The position numbers were made by a program, and so were the translations under genes. The notes beneath the pieces are model-generated. The model had not been told where the DNA came from and did not search any database. It saw only the letters and a list, made by a program, of their open reading frames with translations. Below, in pieces: positions 11,774 through 29,502 of a stretch of 64,000 nucleotides of DNA. Source of the DNA: Oikopleura dioica (lineage: Eukaryota > Animalia > Chordata). How positions within the stretch are numbered: the first letter of the stretch is position 1; each line of letters opens with the position of its first letter. The DNA is taken from NCBI GenBank assembly GCA_907165135.1, contig OU015569.1, positions 7,750,001 through 7,814,000 of the forward strand, read 5' to 3'.

Positions 11774-13201
11774 TTAATTAAATTGGCAATTTTGGTTCAC
11801 AAGTAACGGATTCGTATTTGGATCTCGGCCGAGGCTAAATCCTGAAGAAGTCGGCATGATAAATTGAACGAATGGTTTTGAAAGGTTCTCGCAGCCACTG
11901 CAGGGCGGGGGAAGAGGTGAATTGGCGTCAAGGTAATCGGTTATTGTGTGGGATAGTGTCGCGTCCGCGCAGGAACAAGTCACAGTTGAAGAATCCTCGG
12001 AGAAGAGATAAAACCGGCCGGACTCAGCTCCATCGTCTTTTCTCGGCTTTATAATTGCTACGAATGCGCGCGTGAGCTTTCCTCTTCATCGACTACCGAA
12101 GCGATAATTACTCAAGACCTCGTTATCGAAGTTATAACAACGTGCTTTGTAGTCAAAAAATTATATCGTCAAAGATAAAAATTTTAGCCGGTTTCTTTCA
12201 TTCCAAATTCCATTGCCTGGAGAAGCGCTTGAACGAGCGCCTGAACTCCTAGTTTGCCATTGCCAGCAACGGCGCTCATCCAAAGCTCCCCACCGCGTAA
12301 AATGAAAATCGGGACTTCCAACGACTCGTCATAATGAATTTCCAGGGTTTCTGTCAGCGAGGACGCTCTTAGGAAAAGATCGGGACTGACGATTGAAGAA
12401 GACTGGGAATCTTTGATCGAGGGAAGGAGAAACTCGCTCTGAGAAAAGACAGAAAGCGTCTTCGTCCAGTAAAAAAGCTTGTCGAGGTGGTGAGCTTTTG
12501 CGCGGTTGATCAATTTTATTGGAGATCGTTAGATTGAGTAATTGATTAATACTTTTTTAACCCGTTAACAGGGCACCTCATTTTGCCCTACTGTTAACGG
12601 GTTAACAATAAAAGCTCTCAAATATAGTACATAAAAATCATAATCGAGGAAGAATCATTTTTATTGCGAAAGTAAAGATGAACAATTCCTGCATGCCTTC
12701 TTTCGCGTGTGGGCTCGCTTAAAACGGCTGCCATCGCCTCCGTGAACTCTTGAACGAGAGTCGACTTCGGCCCAAGAATCGTCAGATCGTGTGACTTCAT
12801 TGCGAAGAATTCGAAAGCCGGCTTCTCCGTCGATGTCAAATTCCAGCTTACAGAAGAAAGCGAACTGCTCGAGGGGCATTCCGGTGAAAACGAAGCGAGG
12901 ACTTCTTTGTAGCTCCTAATGTGATTTTGTCAATTCAAAATTTATTTCAAAATTTACATTTTTTGCTGAGGAGGTGGCAAATAAATTCCAGCTTCCTTCC
13001 GAGCATGGTGTCCGAATGATCTGCTAATAGCGCAAAAGGCGAGCAAGAATAAAACACCGTTCAAAGCTAGAAATGTCCTCGATGGTTTGCTTTCCGAATA
13101 TCGCGTTTTTCCATCAAGGGTTTCATAATCGTACCTATTTTAAATGAAGCATTTAAAAAATAAGAGCATTGTCAAAAATACCCTTTGCCCGTTTTCGCCA
13201 T
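11774..13201 (-). CDS. Type II membrane protein of unknown function (multi-exon)
   Basis: Spliced MAKTGKG|YDYETLDGK...TFLALNGVLFLLAFCAISRSF (single TM), then exons at about 12640-12915, 12184-12500 and 11774-12090. Some junctions uncertain. Confidence 0.5.
12561..12601. mobile_element. 41-bp piggyBac-like mini-MITE or hairpin remnant, intronic
   Basis: TTAA|CCCGTTAACAG...CTGTTAACGGG|TTAA: TTAA on both sides and CCC/GGG termini. Confidence 0.6.
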
Positions 13202-14404
13202 TGTTCCCCTCTTCTCTTAGTTAGTTATGCTTCTGTTTTGCTCAGAAGCGTCAATTTCATCCTGAATCCTTTTGCTTATCGAATTTGTCAAGCGGCGATT
13301 GGAGCTCGTGGGAAAATCTCTGCTTTGGGTGGCGATTGGCGATAAATTTCCCAAGTCGAGGCAGAAGAGCGACGAAGCTGACGAGGCGAAAACGCGCGTT
13401 TCTTTTTTAATTTCGCGAAATCCGCGTAATTTTTTTCGCGGCGGCGGAGTTTGCGCCGCTCGCTGCCCTCGGGCGCAAAGGGCCCCCACCCACGCAAAGC
13501 GTCTCTCCCAAAGTTGGACTTAGTGCAAAAATCAAACTGTTTATTCTTTTTTGATCGCGGAAATGTGAAAGAAATGATAAGAAAGAAACAATTCATTGAT
13601 TTGGAACATGCACGAAGAGAAAAAATAGAGATCATGGAAGAAGACGTCGAGTCGCAAAGAAAATAATTGAGGAAGAGGAGAAGGCGATCAGACGTGGAAA
13701 CGGAAGGTAATTTGATTGTTCGTTGCTTTTTATGATTGTCGAAAATGAATGTTCCTGACAGTTTGGGGATTTCGATTTATTGCGCTGGGAAAGAAAGGGA
13801 AACGATGCTAGAATGGCGCCACGCACGTACTAATCTAGCGAGATTATTTACTAATCTCTGCCAGGAGCACTCTCTTTCTAGTTATTTATCTGTCGCTAGA
13901 ATTTCTTTAGAAAGTACAGGATAATCAATTTGATTTTGCGCTAGCCCATTTCCATCTTATCTTCGGGCTACTTATTGTCTCTTTTTGATTTAGACTTCGC
14001 CAGTCCAGACAAAATAGCTTGTCGAAAGCACCAATTTTATTACACGCATTTCTCGATTTGTTTTACTCTAATTGATTAGAGCTAATCTTAATTGCCTGAA
14101 TCATTATTTGATGACAAAAGAGGTTTACGGTGGCTTTTTTCGGAGTCGCGTTGTAGAGACTGTTGCTAAAAATATATTTGGGAACTGCTCTCTCCCCATC
14201 ACTTTCGAGACTCAGTAGTGAATGGAACGTGTATTGTTTGTAGTGAACTGGGTCTGGGCTGCAATGAGTCAATCTGTCTAGCAAGTGTCTGGGCGACGGT
14301 TCTTCGAGGGCGAGTACCAGCGCGCGGCTGCAAGGAAGAGGGAGGGGAAAGGGATCAGCTGATCAGGATTTAAGCGGGGCCTATTTGTTGATGGTGGTGG
14401 TGGA

Positions 14405-14475
14405 GTTTGAGATTGGCTGCGCTTTTGCGTCAAGCTGCTCGGTGTCGGGTTCTAAGGCGTGATTGGTCGGCTGAC
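14405..14475. promoter_or_regulatory. Paired CCAAT (NF-Y-type) boxes in a GC-rich putative promoter upstream of EAF
   Basis: gattggctgc (14411) and gattggtcgg (14461), 50 bp apart, in GC-rich intergenic DNA. Confidence 0.4.
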
Positions 14476-14625
14476 GAGCTGCTCTGCCCGCTCGCGCGCC
14501 TCAAAGCACTTTTCCCGTCTTTACTGAAGATTTAACACTGAGTGCGTTGAGCAGTTGTTAATAGCAGAGAGTGATTATTATGGTGTTTCCTTGGGACGGA
14601 AAAGGAAAATGGGCGGCGAGCACCG

Positions 14626-16315
14626 ATGCGCAGCAGCGCCACCCCGAGCCGCAATAACAGAATAACGCATATTTCTTTGAATTTTATGTATTCGCTCAGA
14701 AATGCGCCTTTCTCTCTCCCATATCTCGGTCCAAGGTGTCGTCGCTGCACTTTGTCGTTTGTTTTCGCACCTATTGAATCAGAACGCGCCGTACAAGCTG
14801 GACAAAGCTTTTACGAGAAGAGCCAATGTCACATCGTCACAAAAAAGTTCGTCCCCACATCCATCATCAAGGACAAAGAAGGCATTTTCGGAAGGGCTGA
14901 GAGTTCTCTGTTGTTTCTCCTTCCCCTATTTATACTTCCTTGTGAGCGAGTAAACGAGTTTGATAATCCGCGTCTTCTTGTCATCTTCAGTCAACTTTAA
15001 CTGTCTCTCTGTTTAAGACGAGAGTTTCTATTCTGTTTCGAAAGAAATCACCTCGGATGACTCGCATAAATCAAACGATTCGGTTATTTACTATTTCAAG
15101 GAGCTATTTTAACTCTGGTAGATGGACTTGGCCGAAATTTATTATTTTGCAAAGGTCATCGACACGAGAAATTCAACGAAACTCAGCTTCAGCAACGATT
15201 AAATTACATAACTCAAATTTATAAGATTTTGTACTCGCCTTAGCTAGGTGACAAAGTAGCCCGATGATTCGTCTCTTACTCGCTATGAGTGCATAGGAAC
15301 TCCCTTCTTAATCGTGGATAATAAAGATTCTGTTGTAGCACGACGAGGACATGTCTATTTTTCTCCGCGACGGAAGTTAGAATTATACTAAAACGAGAAT
15401 TTTTACAAGAAATCAACACTGAGAAGCGAGAGCTGCACATAAAACTGCCAAAAAAGAAAGATGATTCCTATGAACCTATCGTCTTTTCCGGTTTTAAAAC
15501 AATTATCTAGCTCTGAGTGGTTAATTAAATATATTTTAGGGGAGTTTCGGCAACAGGAGGGGAAGCAGTGCCTGATCATCGTTGATAAGCAAACCGGACA
15601 GATCACGCTGGAGAAAGTCACTTCCAAAAGTCTGGTCGGGCTGACACGAGAAACCGTCATTGAAAAAATCCACTTCAAGGATAAGGAGACTCCTCGCGTG
15701 CCGACACCCGATCAGGCTTCGAATCGCTCTGAGCCCAAGCGATTAAAATTAGGTTCGTAATGGATCCTCTAAATTAAATTTTCAATTTATCGAAACTACA
15801 CTCCATCCAGTAACCCATATCGACGTGCCCAAATGACGAGTATTTTCAGAAGAAGAAGCGTACTCCCGCGATCCTACGCCGAAGAATGTGGAATCCCCGC
15901 CGGACATAATCTTCCCTTCAAACGGCAAAGAAAACATGCCTATATCTGGTTAGTCTTTCGTTCCGCTAACATGAGACTGGGCGCGATAGAAAGCTGGAGA
16001 CAAATCTGTTCAGATATGACCACATCTGGCACGAGCGACGAGAGCTCTGATGAAGAGAACTCAGATAAGAGATCGTCTGAAGATTCCGACGACTCATCGG
16101 ACGACTCTTCCGACGGGACTTCAAACGCTTCTGATCCACTGGAGGACCTAATCGCCGCACCGAATTCCACTACCTTCCAGGAAAAGATGACATTTTACTA
16201 TCTGAACATATTTTCCTCTGAGTCACTAGTTTTTGTCAATTTATCGAAAGCCCAACCAAGGAGACCTGCAATTCGGACAGATTGGGCTCGACTTGTCCGA
16301 GAATTCCGAGTCTGA
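14626..16315 (+). CDS. EAF1/2: ELL-associated factor (EAF1/2-like); boundaries approximate
   Basis: GQSFYEKSQCHIVTKKFVPTSIIKDKEG and GKQCLIIVDKQTGQITLEKVTS match the EAF N-terminal domain. The Ser/Asp-rich exon at about 15900-16200 fits the acidic tail. Confidence 0.7.
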
Positions 16316-16529
16316 CTGAAGCGACAAACTCAACGGCAATTTCAACATTGACACAAGCCTGAATTATATAGTTATTTCTTCTCAAAACCCTACTGATCAC
16401 TTCAATCACAGATTGTGCAATACTCAATCATTGGATGCAATATCAATCCGCATGAGACTAACTTGAGCTTGTTTTAGCCTGGAAACCCAAAAGTGAAAGT
16501 TCCTACAAATACACACACCCGTCAGGGTT

Positions 16530-20928
<4,399 letters not shown>

Positions 20929-23059
20929 AAAAACACTTTCTCTCACTCTCTTGATCTGAACTTGTATGATAAATGATGTGAACAACCTGTATGTCATAAC
21001 AACAAGTCGGATATCATACTGTATGATATGGTTTGCTGGGAACTCGATTGATTACAACTTCAAATTTCAACTTCGAATCAAATCAGCCTCCCCCAAAAAT
21101 GGCCCTATCCAGTCCTTCTACCAGACCTTTCTCTACTACTGAATCTATCACTACTACACTACTTACCACACAAGTCCGTCTTACTTGTAACAACGACATC
21201 AAACCAGAAGTCGAAATACACCCTTCGACAAGGCATTTCAAAGTTCATTATTTTTAGTGTCAATTATTTCGTCACCTTCGAATAATTTATTCTGGACCAG
21301 AATTTTTGCTAATTGACAATACCAATAAGTAGCGATCAAAGATCTTATACAAAAGCAATTCTCTTTTAATAAATGCGTAAAGAGCGCAAAACGCACTCCC
21401 ATTGAAGAACATCTATTGAAATATATTGTTTTCAACTCAACTAGGAATCGTTCTGTTCATAAAATTGTAATTTGTAAATATTTTGACGGTGTGCATTTTA
21501 CTAGTTCTAGTCCTGAAGACGCTTCTCAAGCTGGGTTTCTCGTAGCTATACATTCGTGATTGCAAATCAATAGCAACTCATACTGGTTATCTGCAGGTCC
21601 TCTTCTTCCCAAGCATATACATTGATACTACTTTTCAACAGCCAAACAACTCTCTTGTCGACGTATACAGCATATCTTCACTGAAAGATCATTTTGCTCC
21701 TGGACCTCACGCATAGCCGCAGGGCGGTTACTTCAGCTTTAAGGTTATGATTTTCGGTTAAAACTTTAATTTCAAACGTACGGATGCTTATTATCAGTAT
21801 GTGGCTGTGTCTCACGAACGCGTTTAATGAACTCGACTATCGTCTCGAAATTGCCTGGTTGTCTTAACATCCCTACAAGTGAATATACACATGAGTTCCA
21901 TGCTTCCTAATACTTCATTTTTTATACAAAATACGTTTTTGTAAGTAGTGTCGTCGTTCTCCTGCTGCGATTTCGAGCTTATTAATTATTGACAGAGGTT
22001 CTTTTCAACATTTCCTATTCTAGCGATGGCTTTTCCCTACGTGCCTTTATCCCAAAAAGCTCCTTTTTCCCCGAAAATAAAACTAGAATAATACATCTAT
22101 TCGTACATTTTCCACTTTTACATTTTTCATCACTGACCTGACTGACTCTCTTTTTGTTCTTACTTTTCTTTTTGTTTATATATATCTAGCGAAGCTTTCC
22201 GTCTTTTGCTCATTTATATTTTGCAAACAATTTCGCGCGTTTTTTTTTAAATTATTTTTTTTATTATTAAAAAAAACTATCTTCGTTTTATTCGTTTTAG
22301 ATTTTATTTTTACTCTTTCACATATCTCGATGTTATTAATTTTGTAACGGCTTCCTCTGACAAATTTGGACATTTCATAAATTCAGTGGAGATGATATAA
22401 AAATGCGGAACTAGCCTTAACAATCTATTCCTAATTAGTTTTGGCGGGATCTTCATCTGTCACCGGTACCTCATTTACTGTAGTTCTTATTTTGCCGTCG
22501 ATGATTCCCCGCGGCCCTTATTCGACCACCTATCTAGGTGAAACTTTCTTTGAATTTCCTTTCCTGGTACGCGAATATCACTACTGATTATTGCTTAAGT
22601 TTAAATCACCTCCTACTCCCTCTGCTCTGTTCCCTGGTTAAGTGATTAGCGATTATTTATTTATTCTTTTCTAACGGCTGGTCCGTGGCCTTCTCACCAC
22701 AATTGAACTTGTCTACAAAACTAGGACTCGCAACAGATTTTCAGTCTGTTCTAAATCTGTTTTAAACTTTCGAGTGTCAACCAACATTCAACTGTAAAAA
22801 CATACCAAGAATAACTACGAAAGAACGCACCGCTAATCCAAAGTTTTTCTTTAGCCATGATTTTAAAATTACAGCTTTTACCACTCAATAAATTCATCGT
22901 CTGCAGCATGGCTGTCGATTTCGAGTCCTTTGAAATCGACAGCCATGGTCTGCAGAGACAAACACTACCAATGCGTTTAAACGAGGTTTTGTCTTTGATT
23001 CTGTTTTCCTCTAATAGAAAAGAGCTGACTGATCATCCGTTACTTATTACAGATCAAGA

Positions 23060-24433
23060 ATGCCGACGACATTGACGGAGATTCTTGAAAGATGGGATGG
23101 TAGTACTGGCGAGCACAGAAAAAACATACTCAAGGAATGGTCTCTTTCGTAACTTTGGAGCTTTTTTGAAGCGAATCAACACGGTCGAGAATTGTAAATC
23201 TAATCTCCAGATAGTGACCTTCAGTGGAGCGCTTTATCAACATCTCAAAGGATCTAACAGCAGCAGACATTGAAAATGAGCTGGGTTCGTGCGCGCATTT
23301 AATGTTCGCCCGACTAGTGGCCAACTTTCGCATGCGATATACGAAGGGCAACTGTAAAATGATTCTCATCGCAATCAGTCGCTTTATTCATCCAGTCGGT
23401 GGACTCGAGTTTGTTGACGAGCTTCTGGATTCAGCCGCCATCTTAACCGTGCTAGAGATGATCTCCCTGAAGAAGACATCGGATGAAGACAGAATCCAAG
23501 GCGTCGATCTTTTGCAGTGTATCTCCGAAAACGGCATTCAGGCGAAAGGTTTGCATCCTCTGCCGGCGGCAATCTGTTCTTAATTCTGCTTCCAGAAATT
23601 CTCTGCAAATCCGGTTGCATTCGCGTTATCTGCGAAGCATTGGCAGTGACCGAGAATGCTGAACTTGTTGAAAAAAGCCACAAGTTGTTGGTGGGTATCT
23701 CTACTGGCAACCCAAAGTATCTTTCACACGTGTATCGGGCTTTTATCGCACTTCTTCCATGTGACTCGCCAGGCGCCGTTCATCTAGCGCTGCGTATGTT
23801 ACGCTCTGTTCAGTACGAAGTGGAACCCATTAAAGAAATAGCAGCGCCGCTAATACAATACGGATTTGGTTCGATGCATGGAGAAATTCGCTACGAAGCT
23901 CGTCATTTGGCTCTCGACCTTCTGAAGACTGATATTGCTCCGCATATTTACCAGGCGATTTATAAGGCAATGATAGACTGCGAAGAGTGGATTACCATCA
24001 ATTTCGTCAGGTAAAAAGGGCTGTTAATGCCGTCCAATCGTAAATTCAGACAAGGCAGGCCTGTGCTGTCAAGATGATCGATGAAATCCTGATGACTTTC
24101 CCGGAAGAACATCTTCAAAAAGTGCTCGTCGAAAAATGCATTATCGGGAGACTTTTACTCACGCTAGCTTGCGTCAAATACAAGGAAACACAGAAAAACT
24201 CAGCTCTTGCGTTATCAACGCTGGCCATCCGTATACCATCTGGTTTGATCGCTTACGTCGTAATTTGCGATCAGTTGAAATTTTAAGTAACGCCTGTAAT
24301 AACCAGCTCTCTCGGTACTCTCGCGGAACATTTCCCAGACGATGCAAAAATGATCTTCACAAAGATGACGGAAGACGAGGCAGAAGCTATACGCACAATT
24401 GGAAAAGGCATGCTCGAGGGACAGCAATTGTAG
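23060..24433 (+). CDS. ARMH1: Armadillo-like helical domain-containing protein 1 (C1orf228-like)
   Basis: ILERWD...RKNIL, HLMFARL and GNPKYLSHVYRAFIALLPCDSP match recalled ARMH1 motifs such as [22 protein letters not shown]. Confidence 0.8.
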
Positions 24434-24681
24434 TAAAATTTCCTACTGAAAAGGAAATCAGTAATATCTCCTATTTTCTATATTCTGAAACTATATTTTT
24501 GATATATATTCTATTTTTATATAAAATAAACAGAGGAAAATGTGTATATCAGAGAACGCTTCTTCGATTTATAGAGTTTTGCTTTTGGGAATCCTAATTT
24601 CAGGATAACCAGGCGGAATCTGAAAAACCGCAGAAGAAGAAAGAGTATTTTTGCTATGCTTAAAACACTACTTCTTTCAGA

Positions 24682-26097
24682 ATGAGTCGTCCTTTAAGCC
24701 ACAACGACAGTGGTACGTCGGTTGTTGTCGATTTTGGCTCGCATACTGTGAGGTAGATAATTCGTATTGTTTTGATGTTATCTTATAATTGAGGGCTGGA
24801 TACTCGGGAGAAGAACTGCCCAAACATGTACCATATAATTTTGTCGGTGAAGTGGAAGTCGATGGTAAGTCAAATCGCTATTGCGGCGACTCGGCTCAAT
24901 ACGTCCGGGATCCCAACATTACCATCGGCCGACCAATGGAGAATGGAGTTGTAAAAGACTGGGACCTATTCGATAGTATGCTTAGCTACACACTACATCT
25001 CTTCTGGGCGCATGCAGATGCAGCGGAGTTACCGTTTCTCTTTACAGAAGCTGCTTGGGCTCCGCCAGAAGACAGAAAAAAATTGGCGGAGCTCATATTC
25101 GAGAAAAATCATATCCCGGCTACATATTTTGCCAAGAGTCAAGTCTGTTCTGCTTTCGCAAACGGGAAGTCAACAGCCTTAGTTGTTGATTCTGGGGCAA
25201 CGCATACGTCTGTCGTGCCTGTTATTGATGGATTGGTACTCAAGAAATCGATAAAACAAAACGACATGGGCGCACAATATGTTCAAAAATGCGTTGAACG
25301 TTTCGCTGAGAAGAAAGGCATCGACCTAGCTGTCCGACAGGAAATAGAGTCTAAAGAAAAAGTTCATCCTGGAGAAAAACCTAAATTTGTAAAGCAAACC
25401 CATAAGTGTTACAGCAGATCATGGCTCAGCCAACAGGTGAAGAGACTTCTCTGATCAAAAATTAATAACTTTTAATAGAAAGAACAACTTCTTGAGGACT
25501 GTGTTAAACACTTCGTCAGCATTCCTGTTTCCCAAGCTGATGTTCTCGAAGATAACCAAGAAAATAAAACTGTGAAAGAGTACGAATTTCCTACAGGGTA
25601 TACACATATTTTTGGTACCGACAGATTGGGGATCGCCGAAAGCCTTTTTGTTCCGCAAGGTGACTGTCAACATTTTCGACAATAGAAAAAAGACCAGTTA
25701 TTCTAGATGATAGATCATGCGTAACTTCTCTTGTGAAAGCAAGTGTAAACTCATGTGATCCTGATTTGCGACCAACACTCATGTCTGGATGTATATTGGC
25801 GGGTGGGAACACTTTGATTGAAGGTTATGGAGAGCGATTAATATATGAGATGCAAAAGAAGAACGCACCCACACTCAAATTCAGAGTTAGTAACTCAAGC
25901 AAAAGCTCTCACATCGAGTGGGAACGACAATTTTCGTAAGCTGAAATTTCTTCATTTCGATTTCTAACTTCTTATTACGCAGCTCTTGGACTGGAGCATC
26001 AATTCTGTCCTCGCTAGCGACTGTTAACGACCTTTGGATATGCAGAAAACAGTATGAAGAAGAAGGAATGCGAATTTTAGACAGAAAATGCCACTAG
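24682..26097 (+). CDS. ACTL6: Nuclear actin-related protein Arp4/BAF53 (ACTL6-like)
   Basis: VVVDFGSHTVRAGYSGEELPK; SAFANGKSTALVVDSGATHTSVVPV; GGNTLIEG; SWTGASILSSL...W. Confidence 0.85.
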
Positions 26098-26195
26098 TAT
26101 CTTTATTCTCAACCTATCCTCACACTGCCCTTCATTTAAACATGTATTTAATTCTCACGTAGTTTTACAGGAACCTTTTAAGAACCCGCACTTTT

Positions 26196-27071
26196 ATGTC
26201 TACAGGCGAAGGCGATCAGCGCCCTTTAATCGCCGAATTCGACGAGCGCGACTCGGTTAGCTACGAAGAATTCGGCGGCACTCAAGACTACGTTAACTGT
26301 CCCACTTGCCAAGGCACTGGCAGGATATCCAGGTGGTGTCTCTTTTTCACTTTCGAATTATACATAAAAAAGCTCGACTTCCCAACAACTTGTGGCGCTC
26401 ATTCCATATGACGACGATAGGCTCAAACCAAAAAAGACTGCCATGTATGTTACTCTTGCAATAAGCGGCGCGGTCTTCGTTTGTGGTCTCATCGCCGGTA
26501 TGCTTGTCTACTTTATGATGCCAAGGCCTGTCGAAATCAACATGATCGGGGTAAAATAGAATCTTCAACCGGGAAATAGTCACGCAAACATTTAGCTGGA
26601 ACGAACGGGCGCTGATTTTAATCCTGAAACGAATTCCTTGGCGATGAATTTTACGATTCCATTGTTAGCAAAAAACCCAAACTATTCGAATGCGAACTTG
26701 ACATCGACCGACGGCACCGTCAGCTTTATGACATCTCAAGTGGGAAAAGTAAAGGACAAGCGGTTTCACATTTTACCGTCGAGAACGACGGAATCTTGGC
26801 AGAATGTGACAACGACTATTATCTTCGACCAGTCGAATCATCTTCAGTGGATTTACGAGTGGTGCCAAGTAGGCGCGACGAAGGTACTAGTTGTCGTTTT
26901 AAGAAGAAATTCCATGAAATTATTTAGATTCTTTCACTAACAATACATATAAATGCGAATGTAACGGTTCGCGGAACTGTGCAGCAAACAGCCATCCAAC
27001 AGCTTTGCTACGTTTCGTGCGATCCAGAGAACAGGGACAGCCGATCCAACTGTAACTACTCACCTTTTTGA
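26196..27071 (+). CDS. TMEM106: TMEM106-family protein
   Basis: CPTCQGTGRI, QLVALIPYDDDRLKPKKT, a TM segment, then a lumenal LEA-2-like region. Confidence 0.92.
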
Positions 27072-27221
27072 GATTGATTAATCTTTATTGGCCCTCACTT
27101 ATAATCGGACTCTGTGTCTCCGAATTCCAAACTCTTTCCCTATGTACAGTTCAATGAGACAATTTCTTCATCATTCTACTTCTTTTTCAAAGGAAAGCTT
27201 TTTTCAGAGGTTTTGCCGATA

Positions 27222-27761
27222 ATGGTCTTTGTCGAAAGGGAAAAGTTCCTTCACTCTATGAACCGTATGTTCCAGAACAATCGAGAGGGGACTGTACGAA
27301 TGTCGGTGAAGCCATACGATGGACAGGACAGGCCAATGCCTAAAGATGGAAGCAAAAAGAAGTGGACAAGTGAAAAGCTAGTCCTTATAAGGGTAACATC
27401 GATATGAATTATGTAACATAATTTATGTTTCTAGAGCTTTATTATTGTTCCCTGTTGCGGAATTACTTTTTGCCCTTTATTCAGTATGAATTAAGTTATT
27501 GATAAGCACTCCTCGTATGAGTTTTGTTGTACACCAGTATTGTTGAACTCAAATCTGATGTGTTTTGATAAATATTCGCTGTATCTCTAGAACAACATTT
27601 GCTTTTAGTTGACGTCGGAGAAGGAAAAAATTTCTACTGTGGTAGATGAAGAAAATATGGGCGATTTTTCTGTAGAGTACTGTAAACAACTTAGATCGAA
27701 CATGAACTGCCTCCCCAAAAGACCGACTCAGAAAAAGAAGAAGAAGACGACAGACAACTAG
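27222..27761 (+). CDS. SRP14: Signal recognition particle 14 kDa subunit
   Basis: MVFVEREKFLHSMNRMF...VKPYDG...LVLIR|LTSEKEKISTVV...LRSNM followed by a Lys-rich tail; two coding exons. Confidence 0.9.
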
Positions 27762-28083
27762 GTACTCACTAATAATAAGTAACTGGCTCCAACAGTGTAT
27801 ATTTTAGAAAGCTCTTCCGACTCAAGCTGTGACTACCCCCTCTTTTCTTTCGTCTTTTAACATTTTCTAGGACTTTATAATTAAATCCGATCTTTATAAC
27901 AATTAATGTTGCTTTTTCTTTCCAGTCTGCTTTTTAAAAGCTGTACAGGTCGCTTCATTCTTGACAAATTATTTATGTGAATATCTCTTTCGAGTGCAAT
28001 CTAAAAAATATCGCCTTCGCGCGTGCTAACTCCAATCTATCATCTCTCTTTAGAGTCGGTCCATCAATAGATTCGGTGTTGAA

Positions 28084-29211
28084 ATGAAGGTGCGTGATGC
28101 CGGACTCGAACGTTGCCGGACCGATTTGCATCTGACATCGACTGGGAAAGCCCATTACTACAAACCAGTGAACTCCTTTCCATCACCATCATTCCGTGAG
28201 TAGTATAAGTTTTTCCCTACTGAATATTTATTAAGATCAGCGCGCGTTCGATCCGCTGCCTGCTGGACTTTTGAAAGAGCACCTTAACCCTGCCCGACGC
28301 TTCGAAACGACATCTGGCTCTTTTCATAACAAAAAAGCGTCGATTCCTGAACTTAGAAATCCAATCTACCAAAAAGCTCCCTCCTCAAGAAGAATCCAGT
28401 ACATGTCAAATACATCAGACGCAAGACAATCTCATAATAACCATTTCTAAAGAACGTCTAGGTATTGAATCAGCATCACACACGCACTTTCACGATGGCT
28501 GACCGAACTTCAGAAAATGCAGACAACTACCAAGCTCATCCAGTTTCCAGAAAGCACATCGTCAGCGGTATCCCAAGGCACAAGTACTTGAAGGCAAAGA
28601 AAAACACAGATCAAGGATTTGTGTTTCCCTCTGCCGATTACCAGTCGACAACTATGAAGGACTTTAGACGATACACAGCGTACGTTAACTTTAATCACAC
28701 TTTTATATTACTCAAGAGATTCATTTTAGGTCTGAGCAAAAGAGCAACGGGTCTGGAAAAGAGAATTTGACTTACTGGGAGGCAGAAGGATTTCCGAAGG
28801 TTTGAACTAGTGTTTGATAGGCATGTCTTAACTATTCCTAGGTCTGGGGCTACGGATCTAACGAGAACCGAGCACTTGTCAAAGGAAGAGACTACAAACC
28901 TGGTGTAAAAATGGAAGACGCATTCATGGGTGGGTGCAAAATCATCTCGAGAACAATCGTGAGCCCAAAGCGAACTGTCCCAGTCAAAGTACCAAATAGA
29001 GGTGACTTATCTTCAGATTTACAAGAAAGTTACGTTTTATCCGTCAGGTGACACCTCAACGTCAAAGGAAGACTACGTAAGACGCGTCAACCCTAATGAC
29101 CTTTTGCCTGCTTCACTTTTCTTCAGCGGTGGCAAGCGTCGACGCGGACACTTTTCTGACTTCGGCGGGTACACTGTTGAGTCAGACAGGATCGGAAGCA
29201 TGACTAGCTAG
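28084..29211 (+). CDS. Hypothetical low-complexity protein (multi-exon)
   Basis: Spliceable reading MKVRDAGLERCRTDLHLTSTGKAHYYKP...FETTSGSFH...YQSTTMKDF...STSKEDY. Recurrent (S/T)Tx(K/R)xD(F/Y) motifs are reminiscent of ciliary microtubule-inner proteins (inference). Confidence 0.5.
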
Positions 29212-29502
29212 AGAACGTTTCGGGTTGATTTACATGCAAAAGTTCTTTGTTTCAAACTATACTCTCTTATATTTTTTCACTAAAATAAATATATTTTTGT
29301 AATCTGTTTGTCATTTCTTCTATATAATATCCGAATCATCCAAATTAGATACAACGAGTTTGTGGCTGGGTGCAACTCTTATTGTAACTTAGCGCTTCCA
29401 AATATTTCTGTCAGGGAACATTTATTCCCTTGCGAATGCGTAATGTCCCTATTCAGATCTTGTGACTGTTAGATAGGGCTTTCTGCTGTTTCTTAGTCGA
29501 GA

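Noticed and set aside
13217-13720. Overlapping ORFs on both strands around a GC-rich patch
   Set aside because: No consistent splice model or recognisable domain; not called.
22908-23087. Spliced upstream ORF MAVDFESFEIDSHG... overlapping the ARMH1 start
   Set aside because: Out of frame with ARMH1 and the splice is unverified; cannot be distinguished from noise.
27420-27600. Short inverted match (atgtttctagag / ctctagaacaacat) in the SRP14 intron
   Set aside because: Only about 12 bp with a gap and no TSD; expected by chance in AT-rich DNA.
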